Made by a program: the position numbers and the translations under genes. A stretch of DNA of 64,000 nucleotides from Proteiniclasticum sp. Lineage in GTDB: Bacteria; Bacillota; Clostridia; Clostridiales; Clostridiaceae. Below the pieces are notes generated by a model, which saw only the letters and a list, made by a program, of their open reading frames with translations, was not told the origin of the DNA and searched no databases. The stretch is taken from positions 11,964 through 75,963 of the forward strand of contig NZ_DOPX01000028.1 of assembly GCF_003514505.1 (NCBI RefSeq). Reading direction: 5' to 3'. Below are positions 53,701 through 62,434 of this stretch, piece by piece (within the stretch, counting starts at the first letter, position 1; each line of letters opens with the position of its first letter).

Positions 53701-53842
53701 TCAGTTTTCCAGTCTGTGAGTTGACGATTGCTGCCTCAGCTGTGAAATCCATCACATGTGAGGGTAAAGCGAACGACGATAAACTGATGGTCAGTGCAAT
53801 TCCTGTCTGCAAAAGAACCTTCTTTGTCTTTTTGCTTAACAT
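50789..53842 (-). CDS. Secreted N-acetylmuramoyl-L-alanine amidase with six SH3b repeats
   Basis: Signal peptide; six NLN(M/L)R...W...G.tG..S..Y SH3b repeats; Pro/Thr linkers; C-terminal Amidase_3 domain (DAGHGG, EK, SIHHD, EIGYMSN). Confidence 0.92.
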   Translation of the reverse strand: MLSKKTKKVLLQTGIALTISLSSFALPSHVMDFTAEAAIVNSQTGKLTVTAFSLWAYNAPDWNAKTRTFSNGTTFDVVEKHLIDGREMYKLSNGLYISANPAYVKFETAGASQTPSAPAQTAGDTRETTANLNMRESGTLNARILLTIPKGTRVKIESLSGVWAKVSYGGRTGYVSTNYLKAVTVSSPVTTPPQTGVPETPSTPAAGTDVRKTTANLNMRSGAGTNNTILLTIPKGTSLTVESQSSGWAKVSYGGKTGYVSTSYLQTVSTTPAPAPTPTPTPPTSGEQDTRKTTGNLNMRTGPGTTSSVIRVIPRGTTLTVEALSGTWAKVSYAGSTGYVSTNYLEKVAVSQPSTPTNPNPGPVVGTDERETTANLNLRSTASVSGRIILTMPKGSKVTVLSESNGWAKLRYNGTEGFSSTSYLKKLAAAPAPTPTPEPTPTPDPTPTPDPTPTPPVEVPVTEKDQRIITGNLNMREAADGASKVLTVLPKGTIVTVEALTGKWAKITYNGMVGYASTNYMSPYTAPPSTETPPAEKDVRQTTYNLNMRVGPGTSHGIILTIPKGTQLTIETLEGSWAKVTYNGKTGYVSVDYLTKVLSPTPQPPAPEVPAVDTVLKIEGPTGTKEYADQTISGYLLTKGTLQSISISVNGITIGNATLNQKRDDLLASYGEYPNASSAGFTLSVNKDVFVNGTNTVKATAKLSDGSSTSQSISFTYNRPTFDPVGVLDNKDVVNYKNEDIKVSGYAKIATGVKNVRVYLNGRAQGTAVYGKPRTDDGNANTGYEYLIRRNNLFPGENTLRVEVTGNGGEKLEFTKVLKVEKIPTIVIDAGHGGKDPGARGVLNGSYVYEKVYVLQFALALEAELKAAGYNTIMTRNNDTFIELNERARIANAAHADLFFSIHHDYNSNPSSKGAFLIYPSTKVTSISESTLKESVDVASAIKQSFIAMGFQDRRNGTDSSISGHTLAVLRQTEMRSVLSEIGYMSNAEDLSKITDPVFQKAMAKGIADKIRAYFGY
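52478..52552 (-). repeat. Degenerate 18-bp coding tandem repeat (PTPTPD/E linker)
   Basis: Repeated GGCGTTGGCGT/GGATCC units encoding PTPTPEPTPTPDPTPTPDPTPTPP. Confidence 0.8.
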
Positions 53843-53956
53843 ACTCGACCTCCTTTGATTTCATTTTGATTTCTATTATATGTTATAATTATTTCATAAG
53901 TTGTGTCAATAAATTAAACTGTATTAAAAATATTTCACAATTGAGCCCTGGAATCC

Positions 53957-56263
53957 TTACTTAAATTCAGCCCAAGGCAGAAGAGGAAGCCACTCCTCGG
54001 GCAGCAGTTTTTTATACTGAACCCAGTTATATCTGAGATCCATAAGAAGAACCATTCCCTCATCTTCCTCAGAACGGATGACTCTTCCAGCTGCCTGCAG
54101 AATCCTGTTGATACCCGGATAGATATAGGCATACTCAAATCCGCAGTTCTCCTTAGAAAAATATTCTTTTATGAGATCTCTTTCATAAGATACCTGAGGA
54201 TACCCTACAGAAACAACCGATGCACCAACAAGCGCCTCTCCCTGCAGGTCAATTCCTTCGGAAAAAATACCGCCAAGGACCATGAACGCAAGAAAACTCT
54301 TCTCTCTTTTCTGATAAAATAGCCCCAATACCTCTTCCCGCTCTTTCTCCGTCAGGCTTGGTTCCTGAATATACACTTCATGAATTCCGCCATATTTCTC
54401 TTCATAAGCCTCATACACATCCCGCATATATTTATAAGAAGGAAAAAATGCGATATAGTTCCCTTTCTTCTTTGAAGCCATCCGTTCCAGGTTCTCGGCA
54501 ATGGCGTTATAACTGTCTTCTCGTTTGGAGAATCTGGTATCCACCGCAGCATCCAGGAACACCCGAAGCTTCTCTTTGTCAAAGGGAGACCGAAGGGTTC
54601 GCCTAAAGTCCCCTTCCTCACCACCTAAAACATCGAAATAGTAATTCATAGGCGAAAGAGTCGCAGAAAACAGCACCGACGCTTTGGCCCTCTTGAACAC
54701 CTCTATCAGCACATCTCTTGGATCCACACAGAAGAGTTTGATTCTCACATTGGTTCCATAGGTTTCTTCATAGGTCACATACCCTTCATCATAAAGCTCT
54801 GAGATATTGAGAAAGGTGTTTACTGCAAAAAAGAAGTCCACAATCTTCTCTCTACCTTCAAACTCCTCCTGCACTTCTTTCTGAAAAATCTCAAATCCCT
54901 GCAGAAAATCTTTAAGAAGAAAAATAAGATCGTCTGAAACACCAAAATAGGTATGCTTTCCTCCTCTTTCCTCCAGTGCTTTTCGCATATCAATGAACTT
55001 TTCATTGATCTTCTTCAAAGGTCTTTTCAGATAGCTGTACTTGTCTGCAGCCTTTTTAGCTTCCATCAGAAGCTCCTTGGTAAGCTCAGCGGAGTACATG
55101 TCTCTGGCCCGATCCACCAGATTGTGCGCCTCATCCACAAGAAAGATATAGTTTTCTTTCACATCCATAAAGAATCTTTTAAGATAAACTCTGGGATCAA
55201 ACACATAGTTGTAATCCCCTATGATGAGGTCACTGAAATAGGCAAGGTCCAAAGACAGTTCAAAGGGACATACCCGATATTCCTTGGCATAAGAAATTAT
55301 CATCTCTTTTGTATAGCGCTTCTCTTTTTTTAAAATGGCCAATATACAGTCGTTTACCCTGTCATAGTGGCCCTTTGCCATTTCACAATGGTCTGGATGA
55401 CAGTTCACTTCATCGTTGATGCAGATCTTCTCTTTACTCGTCAGAGTGAGGAATTTTACCTGTCCCCCTTTTTTCTCAAGGATGGACATGGTCTCCTCTG
55501 CAACGGTCTTCAGTGTTCCTTTCGCGGTGAGATAGAAGATTTTATCCGCTTCACCTTCTCCCAGCGCTTTCACAGCCGGAAATAAGGTAGAGATGGTCTT
55601 CCCGATTCCGGTGGGAGCTTTTGCAAAGAGCTTCCCACCCTGGCGCATGGTACGGTACACATCCACGGCAAGATCCCTCTGGCCTTCACGGTACCGGCTG
55701 AAAGGAAATCCTAGAGACTTCAAAGACCTGTTTCTTTCTTCTTTCCAGTGGATATCTTCTCTGATGAATTTGAGATACTCTTCTATGGTCTCATCTACAA
55801 ATGATTTAAGTTCCTGTATGGTATATCTTCTTTCAAAGGTCCTGGAGATTTCAGTTTCGAGATTATGATACGTAAGAAGAAGTAAGATCTCTTCCAGCTC
55901 CTCTTCCTCCATATGCATAAATCCATAGAACATCACCTGAGCCCAATGAAGAAAATTATACTCCTCTGTGAGTTCTTCCAATGGCATATAAGTGGATTTG
56001 ATCTCTTCGATATAGGATCGTGGAACGATTCCATCCGCACGTCCATCCACAATGAACATCATGTCCTCTTTTTGCACAGAATATTTGAAATATCTTTCTT
56101 TCTCATAAGAAGCATCTTCTTTCTGTCTCTGCTTCTGGATCTTCACATGTGCCCGGGTTCCCTCTTCCATACGGCTTGGACTGGATCCCATACTTGAAGA
56201 GATGATATCACCATAACGGTGCACAAATTCAATTAAATTTCTGACAGATATCTTGATTTCCAT
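53957..56263 (-). CDS. DinG/XPD-family Fe-S DNA helicase with N-terminal PD-(D/E)xK-like domain
   Basis: GTRAH, GRADG, EEIKST at the N-terminus; APTGIGKT, four Cys (KIC..C..C...CPFE), DEAH, SEGID, QAAGRVIR. Confidence 0.88.
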   Translation of the reverse strand: MEIKISVRNLIEFVHRYGDIISSSMGSSPSRMEEGTRAHVKIQKQRQKEDASYEKERYFKYSVQKEDMMFIVDGRADGIVPRSYIEEIKSTYMPLEELTEEYNFLHWAQVMFYGFMHMEEEELEEILLLLTYHNLETEISRTFERRYTIQELKSFVDETIEEYLKFIREDIHWKEERNRSLKSLGFPFSRYREGQRDLAVDVYRTMRQGGKLFAKAPTGIGKTISTLFPAVKALGEGEADKIFYLTAKGTLKTVAEETMSILEKKGGQVKFLTLTSKEKICINDEVNCHPDHCEMAKGHYDRVNDCILAILKKEKRYTKEMIISYAKEYRVCPFELSLDLAYFSDLIIGDYNYVFDPRVYLKRFFMDVKENYIFLVDEAHNLVDRARDMYSAELTKELLMEAKKAADKYSYLKRPLKKINEKFIDMRKALEERGGKHTYFGVSDDLIFLLKDFLQGFEIFQKEVQEEFEGREKIVDFFFAVNTFLNISELYDEGYVTYEETYGTNVRIKLFCVDPRDVLIEVFKRAKASVLFSATLSPMNYYFDVLGGEEGDFRRTLRSPFDKEKLRVFLDAAVDTRFSKREDSYNAIAENLERMASKKKGNYIAFFPSYKYMRDVYEAYEEKYGGIHEVYIQEPSLTEKEREEVLGLFYQKREKSFLAFMVLGGIFSEGIDLQGEALVGASVVSVGYPQVSYERDLIKEYFSKENCGFEYAYIYPGINRILQAAGRVIRSEEDEGMVLLMDLRYNWVQYKKLLPEEWLPLLPWAEFK

Positions 56264-56417
56264 TGATTGACTCCCGGTTTCATTCGTTACGTATACACTG
56301 ATTATAGCACTATTTACTGCCGTTCAACTTATGGTCGCCAAAAACCTTGAGAGAATTGAAAAAAGCCCCAGATTATCTCTGAGGCTTTCTCCTTCTTAAC
56401 TTGATCTTCATGGAACT

Positions 56418-56561
56418 TTAGGTGGTTTTTTCCAGTGCTCCTGTCAGTTTGTTGATACTGATCGTCAGATTCTCCATTTTTCCTTCAATTCTTGTAAGAA
56501 GATAAATGGATACAACCATCGGAAAACCAACATTAGCTGCAGCTTCCAGTAAAACATCCAC
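56418..56561 (-). CDS. YvrJ family small membrane protein (47 aa, below ORF-track cut-off)
   Basis: GTG start with AGGGGTG RBS; MDVLLEAAANVGFPMVVSIYLLTRIEGKMENLTISINKLTGALEKTT; NVGFP..V..YLL.RIE.K is the YvrJ pattern; hairpin at about 56358-56389 downstream. Confidence 0.85.
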   Translation of the reverse strand: MDVLLEAAANVGFPMVVSIYLLTRIEGKMENLTISINKLTGALEKTT

Positions 56562-56608
56562 ATCAATCACCCCTAACTGAACTATGCAGAAATAATCGAA
56601 ATAGCTGA

Positions 56609-57187
56609 CTAATCCAAAAGCCTCTTGGCTGTATTTTTGATGAAACTTGCTTGAGCAACAAGGGCAAGCACAGATATAAAGACAAATATTCTTTCTTTAT
56701 CCTCATCTCTGATATGTAGCTTCGCCACGATATTTCTTAGCCTTTCTTCATCCATGATCATTGTATTAGGATTATTCGCCTGGTCATTGATGATCTCATA
56801 GAAGAGCTCATAGGCTGTTTCCCAGGAAATAATATCATCTTCCCTATTGTTGATGTCGTTGAAAGCAAGACGGAAAACCTTCTTGATTTCATCTGTACTC
56901 AACACCGGTCTCATGTAGCTCACAAAAACCAGCTGAATCAGATGAAGCTTCGTATACCCTTTCTTTTTGCCCTGATATGGTTTGGCAATGACCTCGCTCT
57001 TGATGTAATTCTGAATGATATTGATGGTATAGGTATTATCATTCATAAGATCTTCGATGAACTCAATGACTTGAGAGAGAAAAAGGTCATATTTCGGAAA
57101 AGCGTCCAAAGACATGATACTATTGATGGCCTTGGATTTTACAGAGTCCTCAATACTGAGAGAAGCTTTGTTCTGTGGATCAAACAT
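56609..57187 (-). CDS. DUF1836 family protein
   Basis: PKYDLFLSQV, IIQNYIK, KKGYTKLHL pattern. Confidence 0.8.
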   Translation of the reverse strand: MFDPQNKASLSIEDSVKSKAINSIMSLDAFPKYDLFLSQVIEFIEDLMNDNTYTINIIQNYIKSEVIAKPYQGKKKGYTKLHLIQLVFVSYMRPVLSTDEIKKVFRLAFNDINNREDDIISWETAYELFYEIINDQANNPNTMIMDEERLRNIVAKLHIRDEDKERIFVFISVLALVAQASFIKNTAKRLLD

Positions 57188-57300
57188 GGATTCACTTCCT
57201 TTACATTCATGGTATTTAACTCTATTATAAGTTATTTAATACCATATAGCAAAGAGTTTTTGAGTCCAATCTTTACTTTACTGCATTTCTGTTGTTTATC

Positions 57301-58143
57301 TCATTCCAGCTCCAGACTTTCTTTATAGACTTCTTTTTTCGGTATCCCCCTTAACTCCGCAACCACTTTCACAGCATCCTTCTTACTCATCCCATTATCA
57401 ATGAACTGAAGCAGATGCTCCTTTATACTAAGGTGCGCATACAGATTTTCTTTTTCAAGCTGCTGTGCTTCCTGACTCATACCTTCCACGACTAGAACAA
57501 ATTCTCCTTTGGGCGTTCTGTCTTTATATGATTCCAGCACTTCTTGAACTGTCCCCCTCTGATGCTCTTCATAAAGCTTCGTCAGTTCTCTGGACAACGA
57601 AATCTTCCTCTCCCCAAAGACCTCCTGGACCGCCTCCAATGTATCCAGGATTCGGTGGGGTGCTTCATAAAGAATCAATGTCTCTTCACGATCCCGGTAC
57701 TTCAAGAGTTCATCCCGCTTCTTTTTCCTTGCTTTATCCAAAAACCCGATGAAGGTGAATCTGGATGTGTCAAGACCAGAGGACACCAGGGCATTAATCA
57801 GTGCTGAAGGACCTGGAAGCACATTCACTTCGATCCCTCTTTCGATGGCCTTTCTGACAAGTACTGATCCTGGGTCGGATATTCCAGGCATGCCTGCATC
57901 TGAAACCAGTGCGATGGTCTCCCCGCTCTCTACTTTATCCAAAATCTCTTCAGATACACCCATTTCATTATGTTCACGATAACTGAGCAGAGGTTTTCTG
58001 ATTTCATAGCGGTTCAGAAGTTTTGATGTGACCCTGGTATCCTCACAGGCGATACGGTCTGCTTCCTGAAGCACTTCCAGCACTCTGAAGGAAAGGTCCT
58101 TTAAATTCCCAATGGGTGTAGGTACAATATATAGCTTGCTCAT
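57301..58143 (-). CDS. rsmI: 16S rRNA (cytidine1402-2'-O)-methyltransferase
   Basis: PTPIGNL, CEDTR, SDAGMPGISDPG, RELTKLYEE. Confidence 0.96.
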   Translation of the reverse strand: MSKLYIVPTPIGNLKDLSFRVLEVLQEADRIACEDTRVTSKLLNRYEIRKPLLSYREHNEMGVSEEILDKVESGETIALVSDAGMPGISDPGSVLVRKAIERGIEVNVLPGPSALINALVSSGLDTSRFTFIGFLDKARKKKRDELLKYRDREETLILYEAPHRILDTLEAVQEVFGERKISLSRELTKLYEEHQRGTVQEVLESYKDRTPKGEFVLVVEGMSQEAQQLEKENLYAHLSIKEHLLQFIDNGMSKKDAVKVVAELRGIPKKEVYKESLELE

Positions 58144-58883
58144 CTTCTTTCATCTCCATAAATTCTTCGGATTTCTTCTGAATAGTTTCCTTCATCATCA
58201 TAAATAAATAAAGGTGCTTCTACCTTGAGAAACGAACCACCATCTCTGACACCTTCAATAAGTACCATCGTCGGAGGCTTTTTGGTGTTCGGATAAATCA
58301 TTCGGATCCGTTTGGGCTCAATTTTATATTTCCTCATGAGTGAGATTAAATCCGCCAGTCTTTCTGGACGATGGATCAGATATAGTCTTCCCTGGTCTTT
58401 CAGGGCTGCCCTGGCGGCTTCTATGAGCTCCTCCAGCGTCACTGCTACCTCATGTCTTGCAATGGTTAATGCGTCTTCCTCATTGAGGATGCCGCTGTTC
58501 ACCTTCTTGTAAGGCGGATTGGCTGTGACCACATGAAAATGTCCTAAATTCTTTAAAAGATTTCGATCTTTGAGATCTCCCTGATGCATCTTCACTTTCT
58601 CTTCTATTCCATTTAGTATGATGCTTCTTTCTGCCATCTCTGCAAACTCTTCTTGAATCTCCAGACCATGAATCTCTCCCGCTTCTGTCTTACCATATAG
58701 AAGAATAGGGACAATTCCAGTTCCTGAACAGAAGTCCATGACCCTGTCTTTTTTTCGGACCTGAGCGAAGTCAGAGAGCAGCACAGCATCCACCCCAAAG
58801 CGAAAGCCCTTTTCCTTCTGAATGATTCTAAGCCCCTGTAGATTAAGATCCTCCACAGTCTCTCCCGGTTTTACAAATGACAT
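58140..58883 (-). CDS. tRNA1(Val) adenine(37)-N6-methyltransferase family (YabB-like)
   Basis: FGVDAVLL, DFCSGTG, ANPPY, ARHE, HRPERL. Confidence 0.88.
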   Translation of the reverse strand: MSFVKPGETVEDLNLQGLRIIQKEKGFRFGVDAVLLSDFAQVRKKDRVMDFCSGTGIVPILLYGKTEAGEIHGLEIQEEFAEMAERSIILNGIEEKVKMHQGDLKDRNLLKNLGHFHVVTANPPYKKVNSGILNEEDALTIARHEVAVTLEELIEAARAALKDQGRLYLIHRPERLADLISLMRKYKIEPKRIRMIYPNTKKPPTMVLIEGVRDGGSFLKVEAPLFIYDDEGNYSEEIRRIYGDERR

Positions 58884-59026
58884 CTGTTCTCCTCACTTCC
58901 TTTTGTACTTCTTTCATTTTATCCTCTCCATTCTCTTTATACAAGAAATAAGGAACGAGGGGCGGTATTCCGAAGAGAAATAATAAGGTATAATAAGTTT
59001 TAGTCAGTATTTCATGCGAGGTTCTT

Positions 59027-59566
59027 ATGATAGAAAAAATAAAAGCTTGGGATGAGCGTGTCATCCTCTATATCAATCGGTATTTGAAACACAAGGTGCT
59101 GGATTATTTCTTCATCGCTGTCACATACCTAGGATCTGATGTGTTTGCCATCGGGTTCATTCTGGCCTTTGCCATCCTGCCGGTCTCCACCGTCCAGTCT
59201 TTTGCGCTCTATGCTGCGGTGGCCCTCATCTTGTCGGGTCTCACCGTTGGGATCATGAAAAACAGCATCCGAAGAAAACGGCCATTTGAAACACTCATTG
59301 AGCTGAACAGCTTACGAATTGGTGTGGATCAGTTCTCCTTTCCTTCAGGTCATACCACTGCGGCTTTTTCCCTGGCCGTGACTTCAGCCTTAGTCACCCA
59401 GGGCAACATCGCATCATCTGTGTACCTGATTCTTGCACTTCTTGTGGCCATCTCCAGGGTCTATCTTGGGGTGCATTATCCATCTGATGTGATCGTTGGA
59501 GGAATCATCGGAAGCAGCTATGCTGTGCTCATACATATTATTCGGGAGGTAATTACTGTTGTTTAA
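59027..59566 (+). CDS. PAP2 family membrane phosphatase
   Basis: K...RKRP, SFPSGH, SRVYLGVHYPSDV. Confidence 0.92.
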   Translation: MIEKIKAWDERVILYINRYLKHKVLDYFFIAVTYLGSDVFAIGFILAFAILPVSTVQSFALYAAVALILSGLTVGIMKNSIRRKRPFETLIELNSLRIGVDQFSFPSGHTTAAFSLAVTSALVTQGNIASSVYLILALLVAISRVYLGVHYPSDVIVGGIIGSSYAVLIHIIREVITVV

Positions 59567-60218
59567 TGAAATAAAAGGTGTAATATTCGATATGGACGGC
59601 ACCCTCATCGACTCCATGTGGGTGTGGAGAAAGATCGATGAGGACTTCATCCGGGAGAGAGGCATCAATCTTCTGCCGGAAGAGCTCATGGGTAAAATTT
59701 CTCATCTCAGCTTCCATGAAACGGCAGAGTTTTTCAAGAGAGAATTCATGCTGCCTGAGTCCGTGGAGGATATCAAAAACCACTGGAATACCATGGCAAG
59801 ACACGAATACATCCATCATGTGCTGCTGAAAGATCATGCCCTGGAGTTTCTTGAGGCTCTAAAAAAGAAAGGAATCCGTATGGCCATCGCCACCAGCTCA
59901 TCAAAAGAGCTCCTGGAAGAAACCATTCATTCCAAAGGCATCGCTCAGTATTTTGATACCATTGTCACCACAGACATGGCTGGAAAAACAAAGATTGAGC
60001 CCGATGTCTATCTGCTGGCGGCAAAAAATCTTGGACTGAATCCACGGGAGATTGCTGTCTTCGAAGACATTCCTGCAGCAATGATCGGCGCAAAGAAAGC
60101 AGGCATGCTGGTCTTTGGAGTCCATGACAGGTTTTCTGAAGACAAGATGGAGGAGATCTTAGGCACTTGCCATCATTACATCCATCACTTTGGAGAACTC
60201 CTGCCACATTTGATATAA
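59559..60218 (+). CDS. HAD family phosphatase
   Basis: FDMDGTLIDS, ATSS, K.EPDVY, FED. Confidence 0.9.
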   Translation: MFNEIKGVIFDMDGTLIDSMWVWRKIDEDFIRERGINLLPEELMGKISHLSFHETAEFFKREFMLPESVEDIKNHWNTMARHEYIHHVLLKDHALEFLEALKKKGIRMAIATSSSKELLEETIHSKGIAQYFDTIVTTDMAGKTKIEPDVYLLAAKNLGLNPREIAVFEDIPAAMIGAKKAGMLVFGVHDRFSEDKMEEILGTCHHYIHHFGELLPHLI

Positions 60219-60232
60219 ACCTATTAATGAAT

Positions 60233-60277
60233 AACACCCCACTTTCAAACTGCTTTGAAGGTGGGGTGTTTGTTTTT
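60233..60277. terminator. Bidirectional terminator
   Basis: AACACCCCACTTTCAAA...TTTGAAGGTGGGGTGTT followed by TGTTTTT, between convergent genes. Confidence 0.75.
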
Positions 60278-61030
60278 CTACTTATTGTATGTTACTGGAA
60301 ACTTCTCCTGCAGCTCTGTGATGAGCTTTGTATAATACTCCATCTGCTTGTCCTGGAGCATCTTATTCATCACTTCAGACTTCACTTCTTCGAAGCCCAG
60401 AGGCTCATTTCCTTTCTTATCCGTGGTCTTGATTACATGATAGCCGAACTGTGTCTTCACAGGCTCTTTGGTCATTTCTCCAACTTCCATGGCGAAAGCT
60501 GCATCTTCGAACTCTTTTACCATCATGCCTCTTCCGAATTCTCCCAGGTCTCCCCCTTGCTCACTGGATGGACAGCTGGAATACTCCTTCGCTGCATCCT
60601 CAAAAGTCAGTTCACTGGATTCGATCTTTGAGATCAGATCCTTCGCAATCTCTTCGTCATCCACAAGAATATGGCTGGCCTTGATGCTTTCCTGACCCTG
60701 ATATCTTTCAGGATGAGCTGCATACACTTCCTTGGCTTCATCTTCTTCAATGGTAATGGTGCTTAGAATCTTATTCATGGTAAAGCTGTACTTGATGTCT
60801 TTTAGTGCCTGCTCTACTTGTGACATGAACTGCGGATCATTATCCAGTCCAATCTCGGTTCCGAATGCATTGATGAGCTCTACACTGATGAGCTGATCCA
60901 AGAGCTGCTTCCGGCCATATTCTGATTCAAAATAGCCCCTTCTTTCAGGTGCCAGTGACTGTATTGTTGTGTCCAGAATTTCGTCTGTAATGTCTATGCC
61001 ATTTACTGTGGCAAGTACTTTGTTCTCCAT
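60278..61030 (-). CDS. Parvulin (PpiC)-type peptidyl-prolyl isomerase
   Basis: ASHILV, GGDLGEF, MVKEFEDAAF, VKTQFGYHVI; no lipoprotein signal. Confidence 0.92.
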   Translation of the reverse strand: MENKVLATVNGIDITDEILDTTIQSLAPERRGYFESEYGRKQLLDQLISVELINAFGTEIGLDNDPQFMSQVEQALKDIKYSFTMNKILSTITIEEDEAKEVYAAHPERYQGQESIKASHILVDDEEIAKDLISKIESSELTFEDAAKEYSSCPSSEQGGDLGEFGRGMMVKEFEDAAFAMEVGEMTKEPVKTQFGYHVIKTTDKKGNEPLGFEEVKSEVMNKMLQDKQMEYYTKLITELQEKFPVTYNK

Positions 61031-61192
61031 ACTATACTCCTTTAAAGTGAATTCTTTTCTATCTTAACATATTTCTCCAAGGAGTTGAAACCATAAGGTG
61101 AAAAATAGCCCGTATCGGGATTTCTTAACCACCAGTTCATAGTTTTTCACTATACTATGAAGTATAGATTTGAAATGAAAGGAGTTCGTACC

Positions 61193-61660
61193 ATGGTTAA
61201 ACTGAACGAAAAAGCACCCGACTTCACACTCATGGGTTCTGACGGCAAGGAGCATTCTCTCTCTGAATATCTGGGAAAAAAAGTGATTCTTTATTTCTAT
61301 CCTAGAGACAACACGCCAGGATGCACTTTGGAAGCAGAGAGTTTTAGAGACAATCATGATGACTATCAGAAAGAAAATGCTGTAGTTCTTGGCATTTCAA
61401 GAGATACACTGGATTCTCATGACAAGTTCATTGATAAGCTGGGACTTCCATTTGTACTTTTGTCTGATACAGAAAGCACCGTATGCACCTTGTATGATGT
61501 GCTGAAAGAAAAAAACATGTACGGGAAAAAATCCATTGGAATCGCCAGAAGCACCTTTATCATTGATGAGAAAGGAACCATCATCTATGAAAACCGCAAG
61601 GTCAAAGCTGAAGGTCATGGTGAGGAAGTTAGAGATTTTCTGAACAGCCTCGAGAAATAA
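61193..61660 (+). CDS. bcp: Thioredoxin-dependent thiol peroxidase (BCP/PrxQ)
   Basis: YFYPRDNTPGCT peroxidatic motif; AAAGGAG RBS before ATG 61193. Confidence 0.93.
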   Translation: MVKLNEKAPDFTLMGSDGKEHSLSEYLGKKVILYFYPRDNTPGCTLEAESFRDNHDDYQKENAVVLGISRDTLDSHDKFIDKLGLPFVLLSDTESTVCTLYDVLKEKNMYGKKSIGIARSTFIIDEKGTIIYENRKVKAEGHGEEVRDFLNSLEK

Positions 61661-61702
61661 GGGTAGCAGTACATTACATAAAATTTAAAGGAAGAGATTT
61701 CG

Positions 61703-62344
61703 TCATGAAATCTCTTCCTTTTGATTTTCTTCTAGAATACGGATCGCTGCTGTTGCTACAAACATCCTTTTTTCTGAAAGCTCCTTCAGATCAAGAACCT
61801 CTCTTTTCCCGTTATTTGACACCAGAACCTTGAAGTGGTCTGAATATCCTGTCACTGTGACCCAGTGGTTGTACAGACCTTCCCGATACCCTTTTTTCAG
61901 CTTCAGTCCAACGATGAGGGGCACAGGATTGTCTCTATCAATATTTCTCTTGATTTCCAGCATGATTCTGCGGAGGCCAAAATTACCGCCCAAAAAGCTA
62001 TGGATGATGTTCACTCGGATACTCTTTCCCTGCCTCATATAATACCAGTGGGCTGCCAGTTTGAACCGCAGCGCTGTGGTGGGTCCTAACAGATATTTCC
62101 GGAACATCTCATTCTGATCTTTAATCAGCTCTTCCCGCACATAACTCTTTCCTTCTTTATATGCTACGAAATTATTGAGCGTCACAGAGCCGCATCCATA
62201 TTTTGCCAGGGCTTTTGTCGACAAGTGCTGATTCCCTCCGTAGAGCCCATCAAAGATGCTATGAAAACTCTTGTTTAAAATGGTAAACTCAATGCCATCA
62301 ACTGTATACTTCACAAAATCACTCCAGAAATTTTTCTTTATCAT
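61703..62344 (-). CDS. Hypothetical protein, possible papain-fold (C39-like) cysteine hydrolase
   Basis: GGNQ...YGCGSVTL and HWVTVTGY...VSNNG resemble Q/C/H papain-fold motifs. Confidence 0.55.
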   Translation of the reverse strand: MIKKNFWSDFVKYTVDGIEFTILNKSFHSIFDGLYGGNQHLSTKALAKYGCGSVTLNNFVAYKEGKSYVREELIKDQNEMFRKYLLGPTTALRFKLAAHWYYMRQGKSIRVNIIHSFLGGNFGLRRIMLEIKRNIDRDNPVPLIVGLKLKKGYREGLYNHWVTVTGYSDHFKVLVSNNGKREVLDLKELSEKRMFVATAAIRILEENQKEEIS

Positions 62345-62434
62345 ACCAGAAAGCGGTCTGTCTGTGTCTGATTTCAGTAAATTTTAACTTTGAACTTCGA
62401 AAAAAAGGAAGCATTAAATGCTCCCTCCTTCATC

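Noticed and set aside
53957..56263. Type IV CRISPR-associated CasDinG or Cas4 system
   Set aside because: No cas genes or repeat array in the window; neighbours are housekeeping genes.
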